Source of the DNA: Telmatocola sphagniphila
GTDB taxonomy: Bacteria > Planctomycetota > Planctomycetia > Gemmatales > Gemmataceae
DNA: 32,000 bases
Direction: 5' to 3'
NCBI RefSeq assembly: GCF_018398935.1
Contig: NZ_CP074694.1
Location: 5,190,001-5,222,000 of the forward strand
Within the stretch, counting starts at the first letter, position 1. Each line of letters opens with the position of its first letter. The notes under the pieces are model-generated. The model searched no databases, was not told where the DNA came from, and saw only the letters and a program-made list of their open reading frames with translations. Below, piece by piece: positions 1-8,055 of the stretch. The translations under genes were made by a program, and so were the position numbers.

Positions 1-470
1 AAACTTACCCAACTCTCGGGAAGCCATGACAGGAAATTCTGAAGACGGGCCGCAGCTTCCTTTATGCTCATGTTTTCCGCTGAGGAATCGTCTTCGTGTG
101 CCCAACGATTGCGTACCCTTCGAACCGCCTGAGCATTAGCTCGGATCGACGCCGAAATTCCCTGCCCTCTCCGGCCACCGATCGAATCGATCAACACGGC
201 TGCGTCTTCGCGACGGGTCGAGTCGTTATGTCTGGCCCGGTCGAATGACCTCAGACCAGCTTCAAACGCTGCGAACAATCTTACGAGGTAAGTGCCTTCG
301 AGGTTTTCGTAGGCAGTCCGAAGGCTCGAGCGGACGGACTCGCTCTCAACGAGAATAGATGGATTTTTGGCAACTTCGTTCAGAAGGCGGTCCACCGCGA
401 ATTGGGCAGCTCTGTATTCGCGCTCGACCTCCTTGAGATGTTCGTGCCAGTCAAACCGAAGGTGTGGCAT
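1..470 (-). CDS. HEPN-like domain protein, partial (3' end runs off the window)
   Basis: Absent from the ORF track because no stop lies in the window. My reverse-complement translation from the ATG at 470-468 reads MPHLRFDWHEHLKEVEREYRAAQFAVDRLL...AQAVRRVRNRWAHEDDSSAENMSIKEAAARLQNFLSWLPESWVS, open to position 1. It contains RNRWAH, which matches the HEPN Rx4-6H (RNxxAH) motif, and the composition looks helical. Its start overlaps the stop of the upstream ORF by 20 nt. Confidence 0.45.
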   Translation of the reverse strand, partial: MPHLRFDWHEHLKEVEREYRAAQFAVDRLLNEVAKNPSILVESESVRSSLRTAYENLEGTYLVRLFAAFEAGLRSFDRARHNDSTRREDAAVLIDSIGGRRGQGISASIRANAQAVRRVRNRWAHEDDSSAENMSIKEAAARLQNFLSWLPESWVS

Positions 471-870
471 GGGCGGCGATGGAGTCGAGGACGCGGACCA
501 GAGATTTCTCATCCAAAGAAAGAGTGTCGGGTTCGTTGAAAGACTCAGCAAGCGTATCGTCCGAGAAGGAGTAATGGATCATCCATTGATTTTCGCGGAA
601 ATACAAACTGGCCAAGTCTTCGTAGGTCGGCATCAAATAAAGGTCGACTGCTGCATCAGCTCCCGGGACGTCATACGCGACCGGGTCGAGCAGCACGCGG
701 GTCGGACCCTTTTGCAGATAGAGTGCGGAGATTTCAAAAATGGAACGATCTGATGCCCGCATTCGCTTGGGATAAAGCTTTGTCGTCCAACCGACGGGCT
801 CGGCCCAGGTTTTCACGTTCTCAATAAGATCGTCTACGAGCCGTATAAATTGAGTCTGCGTATTCGACAT
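451..870 (-). CDS. Hypothetical protein, promoter-proximal partner of the HEPN-like ORF
   Basis: 139-aa ORF (MSNTQTQFIRLVDDLIENVKTW...) whose last 20 nt overlap the downstream HEPN-like ORF, suggesting translational coupling. An AT-rich region lies upstream (871-1060). I recognise no family motif, and no nucleotidyltransferase GSxxRG...D.D signature. Confidence 0.6.
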   Translation of the reverse strand: MSNTQTQFIRLVDDLIENVKTWAEPVGWTTKLYPKRMRASDRSIFEISALYLQKGPTRVLLDPVAYDVPGADAAVDLYLMPTYEDLASLYFRENQWMIHYSFSDDTLAESFNEPDTLSLDEKSLVRVLDSIAAHATPSV

Positions 871-1067
871 GGGCGCTCTCCGATAATTCCCAAGGGCACA
901 ATATACTTTAATAATTATATCAAGCCTTAGCCTGAGACGCGTCTGGAGAGTCTTCTGAGCTCCAAAATTGGCAAGATAGAAGCTTAATAACTTTCCTCGC
1001 CCAGATTACCGAACAGGAACTGGCACCTGCGGCGCCATTCTCTGTACGCTTTTGTTCGTGAAAGTAC

Positions 1068-1391
1068 TCAATCCTTCTTCTTCCCGCCTACGACAATCTT
1101 GGTCACCACTTCCTTGCCGTCCCGCGTGTCCGTGAAGATCGTGGCTTCGACCCCTTCCTTTACCGATTTCAAGCCATCGGGCAGCTCAGGCGTTTTAGCC
1201 CCTTTGCCTTTCTTATGAAAGGTCGCAGTCTTATCGACACTCAGAACCTTCTGCTTGCCGTCCACGGTGATAGTGATCGTACTGTCTTCACCGTCGCGCT
1301 TGATCTTGCTGATTTTGGAGGTGTACTCCTCCGCCGAGATCAGACTGATGAAGACGAACAGGGCGACAAAAGGGGCCAGCATTCTTCGCAT
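1068..1391 (-). CDS. Small secreted Lys-rich protein (hypothetical)
   Basis: 107 aa with an N-terminal signal peptide (MRRMLAPFVALFVFISLISAEE). The mature part is K/T/G/D-rich and ends GGKKKD. Confidence 0.6.
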   Translation of the reverse strand: MRRMLAPFVALFVFISLISAEEYTSKISKIKRDGEDSTITITVDGKQKVLSVDKTATFHKKGKGAKTPELPDGLKSVKEGVEATIFTDTRDGKEVVTKIVVGGKKKD

Positions 1392-1602
1392 CGCAATAAT
1401 CTCCTGATTTCGGCTAAGAACTCGTTAGGGAATTGAACCCGAACCCACCCGGCCGGTTTCGAATACTCGCTTATCCCCACATTCCCAAGAGTATCAAACC
1501 CTATTTTAGCTTAAAAAGCTCATATATTCTTATGTTTGATCTTGCATTAGCTCGAATTGCCCGTTATTCGCAGTAAATTATCCGAATAACTGGAATCGAA
1601 TT

Positions 1603-2079
1603 ATGCCTCGTTCACGAATTTCGATTGCTCTATTGGTGGGACTATTCTCGATTGGTTGTGCCTCGCTGACTTCCACCCCTTTGTCCTCGGAATCTGTCGA
1701 GATTGCACCTCAAGTGCCCCGAGTTGAAGAGTCGGAAACGCAAAATACTTACTGGGGCGGCCTGACGGGGCAACTGAGTCAGGCCGGGCACTGGGTCCAG
1801 TCCAACGTCAGTTTTAATACGGCCCTGATCTATTGCAATAATGGCCAGCACTGGCTGCAGGAAAACGAATCGGTGAAAATCGGCCTCGAATATATGTCTC
1901 AAGCGAAATCGTGGGTCGTTGAAAATGTCTCGGTAAAGACCGTGATGCTTCAGGTCGACAAAGTCGATCGCTGGATGGAAGACAAGGAAACGCTGAAGAA
2001 GAGCTTGTACGGCGTGGAATTAATGGCGCAAGTTGTAGGTGTTGTCGGCGGCGTTGCTGCGAAAGTGGCGCTGCACTAA
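1603..2079 (+). CDS. Putative lipoprotein (hypothetical)
   Basis: 158 aa. The signal peptide has a lipobox-like end, LVGLFSIGC. The body contains an internal repeated motif: WVQSNVSFNT / WLQENESVKI / WVVENVSVKT. Confidence 0.6.
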   Translation: MPRSRISIALLVGLFSIGCASLTSTPLSSESVEIAPQVPRVEESETQNTYWGGLTGQLSQAGHWVQSNVSFNTALIYCNNGQHWLQENESVKIGLEYMSQAKSWVVENVSVKTVMLQVDKVDRWMEDKETLKKSLYGVELMAQVVGVVGGVAAKVALH

Positions 2080-2120
2080 TTGAAGTCAAATCTTTCAGTT
2101 TTTTTCGAGCGATTGAAATC

Positions 2121-2477
2121 ATGATCTACCGTAGCCCCATATCCCTTTCCGCGATCCTCGGCCTGCTCTTGAGCGGCTGCACTTTTTCTAAGCCCCAACC
2201 GGATGGCAGCGTCAAGTACACGCCGTATGGTAAGTTGGTTCGCTGGTCGGATCGCCATCCTTTACTTCCATCCAAAGAACAGGCTACCGCATTAGCCGTG
2301 GTGGGAGTGGCCGCCGTGGGGTTGGGCTACCTTGCGCTTCACGAGATAGAAAAAGGTCGCCTCAACCTCGATTTCCTTTCGGAAGATGACAACACCACTT
2401 CGGACAACACACAGAATCAAAACGCGACTCAAGCTCCAAGCCCGCCTCCTCCACCTCCTAAAGCTCGCTCCCATTGA
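2121..2477 (+). CDS. Putative lipoprotein with a hydrophobic segment and a Pro-rich tail
   Basis: 118 aa with a canonical lipobox LLLSGC. It has a hydrophobic stretch (ALAVVGVAAVGLGYLAL) and a C-terminal SPPPPPPK. Confidence 0.6.
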   Translation: MIYRSPISLSAILGLLLSGCTFSKPQPDGSVKYTPYGKLVRWSDRHPLLPSKEQATALAVVGVAAVGLGYLALHEIEKGRLNLDFLSEDDNTTSDNTQNQNATQAPSPPPPPPKARSH

Positions 2478-2532
2478 TTCGAAATTTCCCGAGATTCAAC
2501 ACCCGGCCGATTCCGAGACCTAGAATAAAGGA

Positions 2533-2814
2533 ATGAGCAGCGAGACAATCACCTGCCCGGATCGCCCGATGTTAATCCGGATACTCGAGGGAAAAGCCCC
2601 ACCAGAAGAAGGGGAAGCGCTGGCTCAGCACGTCGAAAACTGTCCCCAGTGTTCGGCTCAAATCCTTCGCCTCCGGGAAGAATCAACTCCAGTTCCCTTA
2701 TCCGTACCCCCACAACTGCAGCGCCCCTGGAAAGCGTTCTGGATGTTCGCGGCCACCCTGCTGATCGTTTCCATAGCCATCTACTGCGTAGTGCAGCAGG
2801 TACATCGCCCGTAA
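2533..2814 (+). CDS. Small zf-HC2 (ZAS-type) anti-sigma-like membrane protein
   Basis: 93 aa. It contains HVENCPQC, which is the H-x3-C-x2-C motif of zinc-binding anti-sigma factors, and a single C-terminal TM helix (FWMFAATLLIVSIAIYCVV). There is no adjacent sigma factor gene. Confidence 0.55.
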   Translation: MSSETITCPDRPMLIRILEGKAPPEEGEALAQHVENCPQCSAQILRLREESTPVPLSVPPQLQRPWKAFWMFAATLLIVSIAIYCVVQQVHRP

Positions 2815-2896
2815 CTGCCTGTTCCGAGCTTTTGGCACATCGCTTGCGTTATTCAGCGTCAAAATTTCAGTCCCGCGGGCGGCACAAGAGTTTTCG

Positions 2897-3955
2897 ATGA
2901 AAGTCTTCCATTGCGATCACTGTGAGTCTCTGGTCTTCTACGAGAATTCGCAGTGCATGAATTGCGGCAACACTCTGGCTTACCTGCCCGATGTCGGGGA
3001 GGTCTGTTCGCTCGATCAGGGGCAGGATCAGCTCTGGACCTCTCCGAACGATCGGGCGAAGGGGAAGAAGTATCGACTTTGCTCCAACTACTGCAATGCC
3101 AATGTTTGTAACTGGGCCGTTTCTGCCGAGCAGGATAACGAGTTCTGTCGATGTTGCCGGCTGACGCGGGTCATCCCCGATCTCTCGATCGCCGGGAACG
3201 ACCGGGCCTGGTACAAACTTGAAATCGCCAAACGGCGCTTGATCTATGATCTGCTCCGATTGCAACTGCCGGTGCAGAGCAAACAAGAAGATCCCGAGCA
3301 GGGACTGGCCTTCGAATTTCTCGGCAACACCACTCAGACCATACTTACCGGCCACGAAAATGGCGTCATCACCATCAATATTGCCGAGGCCGACGATACG
3401 GAACGTGAGCGACGCCGTTCCCAGTTGCACGAACCCGTACGCACACTGCTGGGTCATTTTCGGCACGAAATCGGTCATTACTATTGGGATCGGTTGATCG
3501 CCAACGGCCATCGGCTGCTCGAGTTTCGCCAGCTCTTCGGCGATGAACGACAAGACTATTCCGCCGCCTTGCAGAGGCACTATCAGGAAGGACCGCCGGC
3601 CGACTGGACCGAGAGTTACGTCAGCGCCTACGCCAGCTCGCATCCCTGGGAAGACTGGTCGGAAACCTGGGCCCATTATCTGATGATTGGCGATTCTCTG
3701 GAAACGGCCGGGGCCTGCGGTTTGAGCTTGAAACCCCGCCGACGTGATGAGCCGACGCTCAAATCGGCTCCTTCGACGAACAATTCTTTCGACAAATTAA
3801 TCGAAGCCTGGTTCCCGCTGACTTACGCGCTCAACAATCTGAACCGGGGCTTGGGTCATTCCGATGCTTATCCCTTCGTTTTATCGTCTCGAACCGTCGA
3901 AAAATTGCGATTCGTACACCAAACCATTTATTTGAATGAGGAAAGTCAAAAATAA
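2897..3955 (+). CDS. Zinc-ribbon plus HExxH putative zinc metallopeptidase-like protein
   Basis: 352 aa. The N-terminal double CxxC zinc ribbon reads CDHCESLVFYENSQCMNCG. An HExxH motif sits in HFRHEIGHYYW. This architecture matches the zinc_ribbon/DUF2248 plus putative zinc-binding metallopeptidase family as I remember it. Confidence 0.8.
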   Translation: MKVFHCDHCESLVFYENSQCMNCGNTLAYLPDVGEVCSLDQGQDQLWTSPNDRAKGKKYRLCSNYCNANVCNWAVSAEQDNEFCRCCRLTRVIPDLSIAGNDRAWYKLEIAKRRLIYDLLRLQLPVQSKQEDPEQGLAFEFLGNTTQTILTGHENGVITINIAEADDTERERRRSQLHEPVRTLLGHFRHEIGHYYWDRLIANGHRLLEFRQLFGDERQDYSAALQRHYQEGPPADWTESYVSAYASSHPWEDWSETWAHYLMIGDSLETAGACGLSLKPRRRDEPTLKSAPSTNNSFDKLIEAWFPLTYALNNLNRGLGHSDAYPFVLSSRTVEKLRFVHQTIYLNEESQK

Positions 3956-4261
3956 GCCGCAGTTAATGAATATCTCGAACGAGTGTTTGAGCGATTTCAT
4001 TTGTGATTTTATCCGCTTATGCGCCACGAACGAACCAATTGGCGCTTTCCGAACTGTTTAGGCGATTTCGCTACACTCCGCAGAGAGTATTTGTTTGCTA
4101 AATACCCCCTAATCCGCGAAAATTCCAACATCAAAGAGCCACCTGGTGCCGAACCCGGCTGGTTGCCGGATTATAAGGGTTTACCTATAATCACACTCTT
4201 TGAAAATTCGGCATTAATTAAATGCTGATTGGAATGTTAAAGAGTTGGATAGGAAGGACTC

Positions 4262-4750
4262 ATGCGTTTCAACCTGGTCGATCGCATTGTGGCGTGGGAA
4301 CCGGGCAAGACGCTGAATGCGGAAAAATATCTGACGCTGGGTGAAGAGTATCTGCGCGATCATTTCCCGACGTTTCCAGTTATGCCGGGTGTGTTGATGC
4401 TGCAGAGCGTGGTCGAAGCCAGTAGCTGGCTTTGGCGCATATCTCGAGATTTCGACAGTACCGTGATTGCACTGCGGGAAGCCCGAAACGTAAAATACGG
4501 CACCTTCATGGAGCCGGGACGGATAATGGAAATAGCGGTTGAGCTCATCAAGACGGATGGTTCGACCGCGACCTTTCGGGGCAAGGGAAATATTAAAGGG
4601 GGAGCGCAAACCGTCAGCGCTCAGATCGTTCTGACCGCATATAACGTGTCGGAGAAGAGTCCCCACGGCGAGATTTTAGACGAAAAACTCAATCGGCACT
4701 GGCGGGAACGCTTCGCCTGGCTGAGTGGGGAGTTTCAAAAGGCTAATTAG
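4262..4750 (+). CDS. FabZ/FabA-like hotdog-fold 3-hydroxyacyl-ACP dehydratase homolog (catalytic Glu position is Gln)
   Basis: 162 aa. The DHFPTFPVMPGVLMLQSVVEAS block aligns to the FabZ GHFPxxPxxPGVLxxEAxAQ block. His is retained. The Glu position reads Gln, and a Glu sits four residues later. Confidence 0.8.
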   Translation: MRFNLVDRIVAWEPGKTLNAEKYLTLGEEYLRDHFPTFPVMPGVLMLQSVVEASSWLWRISRDFDSTVIALREARNVKYGTFMEPGRIMEIAVELIKTDGSTATFRGKGNIKGGAQTVSAQIVLTAYNVSEKSPHGEILDEKLNRHWRERFAWLSGEFQKAN

Positions 4751-4780
4751 GCGGGTAGCGAAAGCGACCTGAGGATATAC

Positions 4781-5545
4781 ATGCTTTTGAAGGATCAAAT
4801 AGCTCTGGTAACCGGCGGGAGCCGGGGTATCGGCCGCGGCATAGTACTGGCTCTGGCAAAAGAAGGAGCCAAGGTTTGCTTCGTCTACAAAGGCAGCGAA
4901 GCGGCCGCCAAGGCTCTGGAAGTCGAAGTCCAGACGGCCGGGGGTACGGCATTGGCCATCCAGGGCGACGTTTCCAAGTCGGACGAAGCCAATCGAATCG
5001 TCGAGAAGGTTCTGGCCGAGCAGGGCCGGATTGACATCCTGGTCAACAACGCCGGGGTGATTCGCGATGGCCTGTTTTTGCGCATGAGCGAAGAGGACTG
5101 GAATACGGTAATAAACACTAACCTCGGCGGGGTTTTCAACTTCTGCCGTGCAGTTTCCGCACAAATGGCGCTGAAACAAAGGTCGGGGCGCATTATCAAT
5201 ATAAGTAGCGTGGCGGCCGAGCATGTGAATGCCGGTCAGGCCAACTACGCCGCCAGTAAGGGAGCTGTGAATAGCTTTACTAAAGTACTGGCTGTGGAAC
5301 TGGGCAGCCGGGGCGTGACCGTGAATGCGGTGGCCCCCGGATTTATTGAGACCGATATGAGTGAAGCGGTTCGCAATAAAGCGGGCGACTTCATTGCCAA
5401 AAAATTGGTGCCCCTGCGCCGGCTCGGCAAGCCGGAAGACATTGCCAGTGTGGTGGTGTTCCTGGCCAGCCCGGCGGCGAGTTATGTGACCGGGCAGGTT
5501 ATCACGGTGGACGGCGGCCTGTGTCTGGGTGCCGTTTCCGGTTGA
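4781..5545 (+). CDS. FabG-family 3-oxoacyl-ACP reductase (SDR)
   Basis: 254 aa. It has the Rossmann motif TGGSRGIGRG, an NNAG motif, and the Ser...YxxxK catalytic set (ISSVAA...YAASKGAV). It lies 30 nt after the preceding gene. Confidence 0.9.
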   Translation: MLLKDQIALVTGGSRGIGRGIVLALAKEGAKVCFVYKGSEAAAKALEVEVQTAGGTALAIQGDVSKSDEANRIVEKVLAEQGRIDILVNNAGVIRDGLFLRMSEEDWNTVINTNLGGVFNFCRAVSAQMALKQRSGRIINISSVAAEHVNAGQANYAASKGAVNSFTKVLAVELGSRGVTVNAVAPGFIETDMSEAVRNKAGDFIAKKLVPLRRLGKPEDIASVVVFLASPAASYVTGQVITVDGGLCLGAVSG

Positions 5546-5591
5546 CCCGAATTTCAGCGGTTGGCGATAGGAATTTCAGGAGATTGTTTCC

Positions 5592-5981
5592 ATGACTAAG
5601 GAAGAGATATTCGACAAGGTGAAGGCGACCCTCGTAGATTCGCTCAACGTGGATGACGCCGAAGTCACCCCCAAGTCGACTCTTCAGGGCGATTTGAATG
5701 CCGAGTCGATCGACTTCCTCGATATCGTCTTCCGTCTCGAACGCGAATTCGGCATCAAAATCGACCGCGGCGAACTCTTCCCCGAATCGATTTTTCAGAG
5801 CGACAGCGAGTTCGTCAAGGATGGCAAAGTCACCGAAAAAGGCATCGAAGAACTGAAAGCGAAAATGCCTTTCGCCGACCTGAGCGACTTCATCAAGAAT
5901 CCGACGCTGGAAGCCATCAGCAATCTGTTCACCGTCGAATCGATCGTGAACTTCATCGATATGAAGCTGAAGGCCAAATAG
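5592..5981 (+). CDS. Acyl carrier protein with a roughly 45-aa internal insertion
   Basis: 129 aa. The phosphopantetheine-site helix-II block LQGDLNAESIDFLDIVFRLEREFGIKI aligns to GADSLDxVELVMxLEExFxIxI. The terminal helix reads TVESIVNFID. The intervening segment is far longer than in a ~78-aa AcpP. Confidence 0.8.
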   Translation: MTKEEIFDKVKATLVDSLNVDDAEVTPKSTLQGDLNAESIDFLDIVFRLEREFGIKIDRGELFPESIFQSDSEFVKDGKVTEKGIEELKAKMPFADLSDFIKNPTLEAISNLFTVESIVNFIDMKLKAK

Positions 5982-6037
5982 TTTCCGGTACCGGTTCACG
6001 GTGTCCCAACCGGCTCGCGAAGAACGGATGACTCTCT

Positions 6038-6544
6038 ATGCGTTGGGTCTGGATCGATCGATTTGTGGAGTTTCAATCGCGCCAGCGGGCAGTGGCCGTT
6101 AAAAATCTCAGCATGGCTGAGGAATTTTTCGACGAACACTTTCCCGGCTACCCGGTTATGCCGGCGGCCTTGTTTCTGGAAGGTTTGGCCCAGACCGGCG
6201 GTATACTTGTAGGTGAAGCGAATGACTTTAAAGAAAAGGTCGTTCTCGCTAAAATCCCGACGGCAAAGTTTCATCGCGAAGTCTTTCCGGGGGAACAGCT
6301 TACGTACACCACGGAAGTGCTGATTCTTCGCGAAGAGGGAGCTTCGGTCCGCGGCACGATCCATGCCGGGGCGGAGCTAGTCGCCGAAGCGGAAATTTTC
6401 TTTGCCCATCTGGATCAGGCTCGCAGCAAGCAAATGTTCGGGGATTCGAACTTTGTTTTCACTGGCGAATTGAAAAATCTGCTGGGACTCGCCCGTCTGG
6501 CAGCGAACGGCTCGTCAAACACCGAGGAGGGTGCCAAGGCGTAA
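6038..6544 (+). CDS. FabZ/FabA-like hotdog-fold dehydratase (canonical His/Glu)
   Basis: 168 aa. EHFPGYPVMPAALFLEGLAQTGG retains both the His and the Glu of the FabZ dyad block. Confidence 0.8.
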   Translation: MRWVWIDRFVEFQSRQRAVAVKNLSMAEEFFDEHFPGYPVMPAALFLEGLAQTGGILVGEANDFKEKVVLAKIPTAKFHREVFPGEQLTYTTEVLILREEGASVRGTIHAGAELVAEAEIFFAHLDQARSKQMFGDSNFVFTGELKNLLGLARLAANGSSNTEEGAKA

Positions 6545-6640
6545 CGCCGGGATGTCCTTTAAGTTTTTGCCGGCTTGCAACAACGGCAACGGATCGCGCA
6601 GGAGCGCGAACACCTGATTATTACCCCGGAGACTTACACC

Positions 6641-7915
6641 ATGGCTGCCAGCACAAGAAGATCGGTGATTACCGGTATCGGCGTGCTCTCCGCCGTCGGC
6701 ACCAACCCCGCGACTTTCTGGGAAAATCTCAGCGCTGGCCGAACCGGCATCAAACGGATCCAGCACGTCGATCCCGAACAGCTTCCCTTTCGCGTGGCTG
6801 CCTACATCTCCGACTTCGACGCCAAAAAACAGATCGACAAGAAAATGCGGAAAGCGCTGAACGTCATGGCGCGCACCGTGCAGCTGGGAGTCGTCGCCGC
6901 ACAACTGGCGATGGAAAATGCCAAGATGGGGGAAGGGCAACTCGATCCCGCCCGCTTCGGCATCGAATTCGGCGCCTCGATGATCGCTTCCGATCTCGAC
7001 GATATCGCCCGCGCTTCCAAAATCAGCACCAACTGCAAGCCCGGCTTCGTCGATTACGAAATCTGGGGCGCACAAGGCCTGTCGCAGATTCCTCCCTTGT
7101 GGATGTTGAAGTATCTGCCGAACATGCCCGCCTGCCACGTTTCCATCCAGCACAATGCCCAGGGGCCCAACAACACCATGACGGCCAGCGACGTGGCCGG
7201 GATTCTCGCGCTGGGTGAAGCCTTCCGAATCAGCGAACGGGGCACCGCCGACTTCTTCCTGGTCGGCGCCACCGAGAGCAAGATGAACCCGCTCTCGCTT
7301 TCCCGGCATGCGACCTTCCAGCAGCTTTCCCGAAAATTCGAACACCCCGAGAAAGTGCTTCGTCCGTTCGATCAGGGCCGCGATGGCACGGTCATGGGAG
7401 AAGGCGCCGGCGTGCTTGGTCTGGAAGATCTGGAACATGCCACCAAACGCGGTGCGAAAATTTACGCCGAACTCCTCGGCTTCGCTTCCGGCTTTGACCG
7501 CAAAAAAGACGGCGAAGTCCTGGGTAAGATCATCCTCAAGGCTTTGAAAGAGGCCCGCGTTTCTCCTGAGGAAATCGACCACGTCAATGCCCACGGGATC
7601 GGCACACCCTCCGCCGATATCATGGAGGCCCGCGGCATCGCTAATGTTTTCGGCACCAAAACACCTGTGGTCGCTTACAAACCCAATTTCGGCACTATGG
7701 GAGCGGCCGGCGGATTGGTGGAACTCACGGCCAGTATTCTCGCCTTGGAAAACGGACTGCTGCCGCCCACTCTGAATTGCGAGAATCAGGACCCGGCCTG
7801 TCCCATCCACATCCATAAAGAGGGACTGCGTCCTGTAACCAAACCTCACTTCGTGAAAATCAGTTTCACCGATATGGGGCAAGTAGCTGTAGCCGTCCTG
7901 AAAAAGCCGGAATGA
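6641..7915 (+). CDS. Beta-ketoacyl synthase-like protein with a degenerate active site (chain-length-factor-like partner)
   Basis: The thiolase-fold KS is alignable along its full length to FabF (RRSVITGIGVLSAVG..., GAKIYAELLGF, HVNAHGIGTP). The active-site TACxSG block reads TASDVAG (Cys to Ser). KSMTGH reads KPNFGT (second His to Thr). The terminal NSFGFGG reads ISFTDMG. I prefer the ATG at 6641 to the TTG at 6575 used in the track. Confidence 0.85.
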   Translation: MAASTRRSVITGIGVLSAVGTNPATFWENLSAGRTGIKRIQHVDPEQLPFRVAAYISDFDAKKQIDKKMRKALNVMARTVQLGVVAAQLAMENAKMGEGQLDPARFGIEFGASMIASDLDDIARASKISTNCKPGFVDYEIWGAQGLSQIPPLWMLKYLPNMPACHVSIQHNAQGPNNTMTASDVAGILALGEAFRISERGTADFFLVGATESKMNPLSLSRHATFQQLSRKFEHPEKVLRPFDQGRDGTVMGEGAGVLGLEDLEHATKRGAKIYAELLGFASGFDRKKDGEVLGKIILKALKEARVSPEEIDHVNAHGIGTPSADIMEARGIANVFGTKTPVVAYKPNFGTMGAAGGLVELTASILALENGLLPPTLNCENQDPACPIHIHKEGLRPVTKPHFVKISFTDMGQVAVAVLKKPE

Positions 7916-8055
7916 TCCCTCGATTTGAGGGGCTGTTGCGACAATCCCCACAATCGTATCGGCCGCTAGATTCCGGCCGCAATCCGGCAAGATTAGTCAT
8001 TCGATTTGCGCAAGTCGCGATCGATTGCGGGTACTGATATAGTAGGAGATGCAAC

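Noticed and set aside
367-753. 128-aa + strand ORF
   Set aside because: It overlaps both minus-strand cassette genes. Those two genes overlap start-to-stop in a manner typical of coupled operon genes, while this ORF has Arg/Cys-rich odd composition.
1425-1480. tRNA-like T-loop strings (minus-strand ggttcaattcc and ttcgaaa) in the 1392-1602 intergenic region
   Set aside because: I could not build a cloverleaf. No 7-bp acceptor stem pairs at the required ~73-nt spacing, and the T-stem has a mismatch.
2867-3676. 269-aa - strand ORF. Similar long antisense ORFs occur at 9711-10553, 16286-16990 and 30603-31262.
   Set aside because: Each lies antisense to a + strand gene with clear family motifs (HExxH peptidase-like protein, alpha/beta hydrolase, SDR epimerase, anti-sigma factor). 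These are typical shadow ORFs.
4019-4228. 69-aa ORF upstream of the lipid operon
   Set aside because: It has no ribosome-binding signal and an unremarkable composition. It lies in what is more plausibly the promoter / 5' region of the operon, and nothing supports it as coding.
6515-7990. 491-aa ORF on the - strand
   Set aside because: It is antisense to the KS-like gene, whose + strand translation aligns to FabF along its full length. The shadow-ORF composition is G/A/R-rich with no recognisable motifs.
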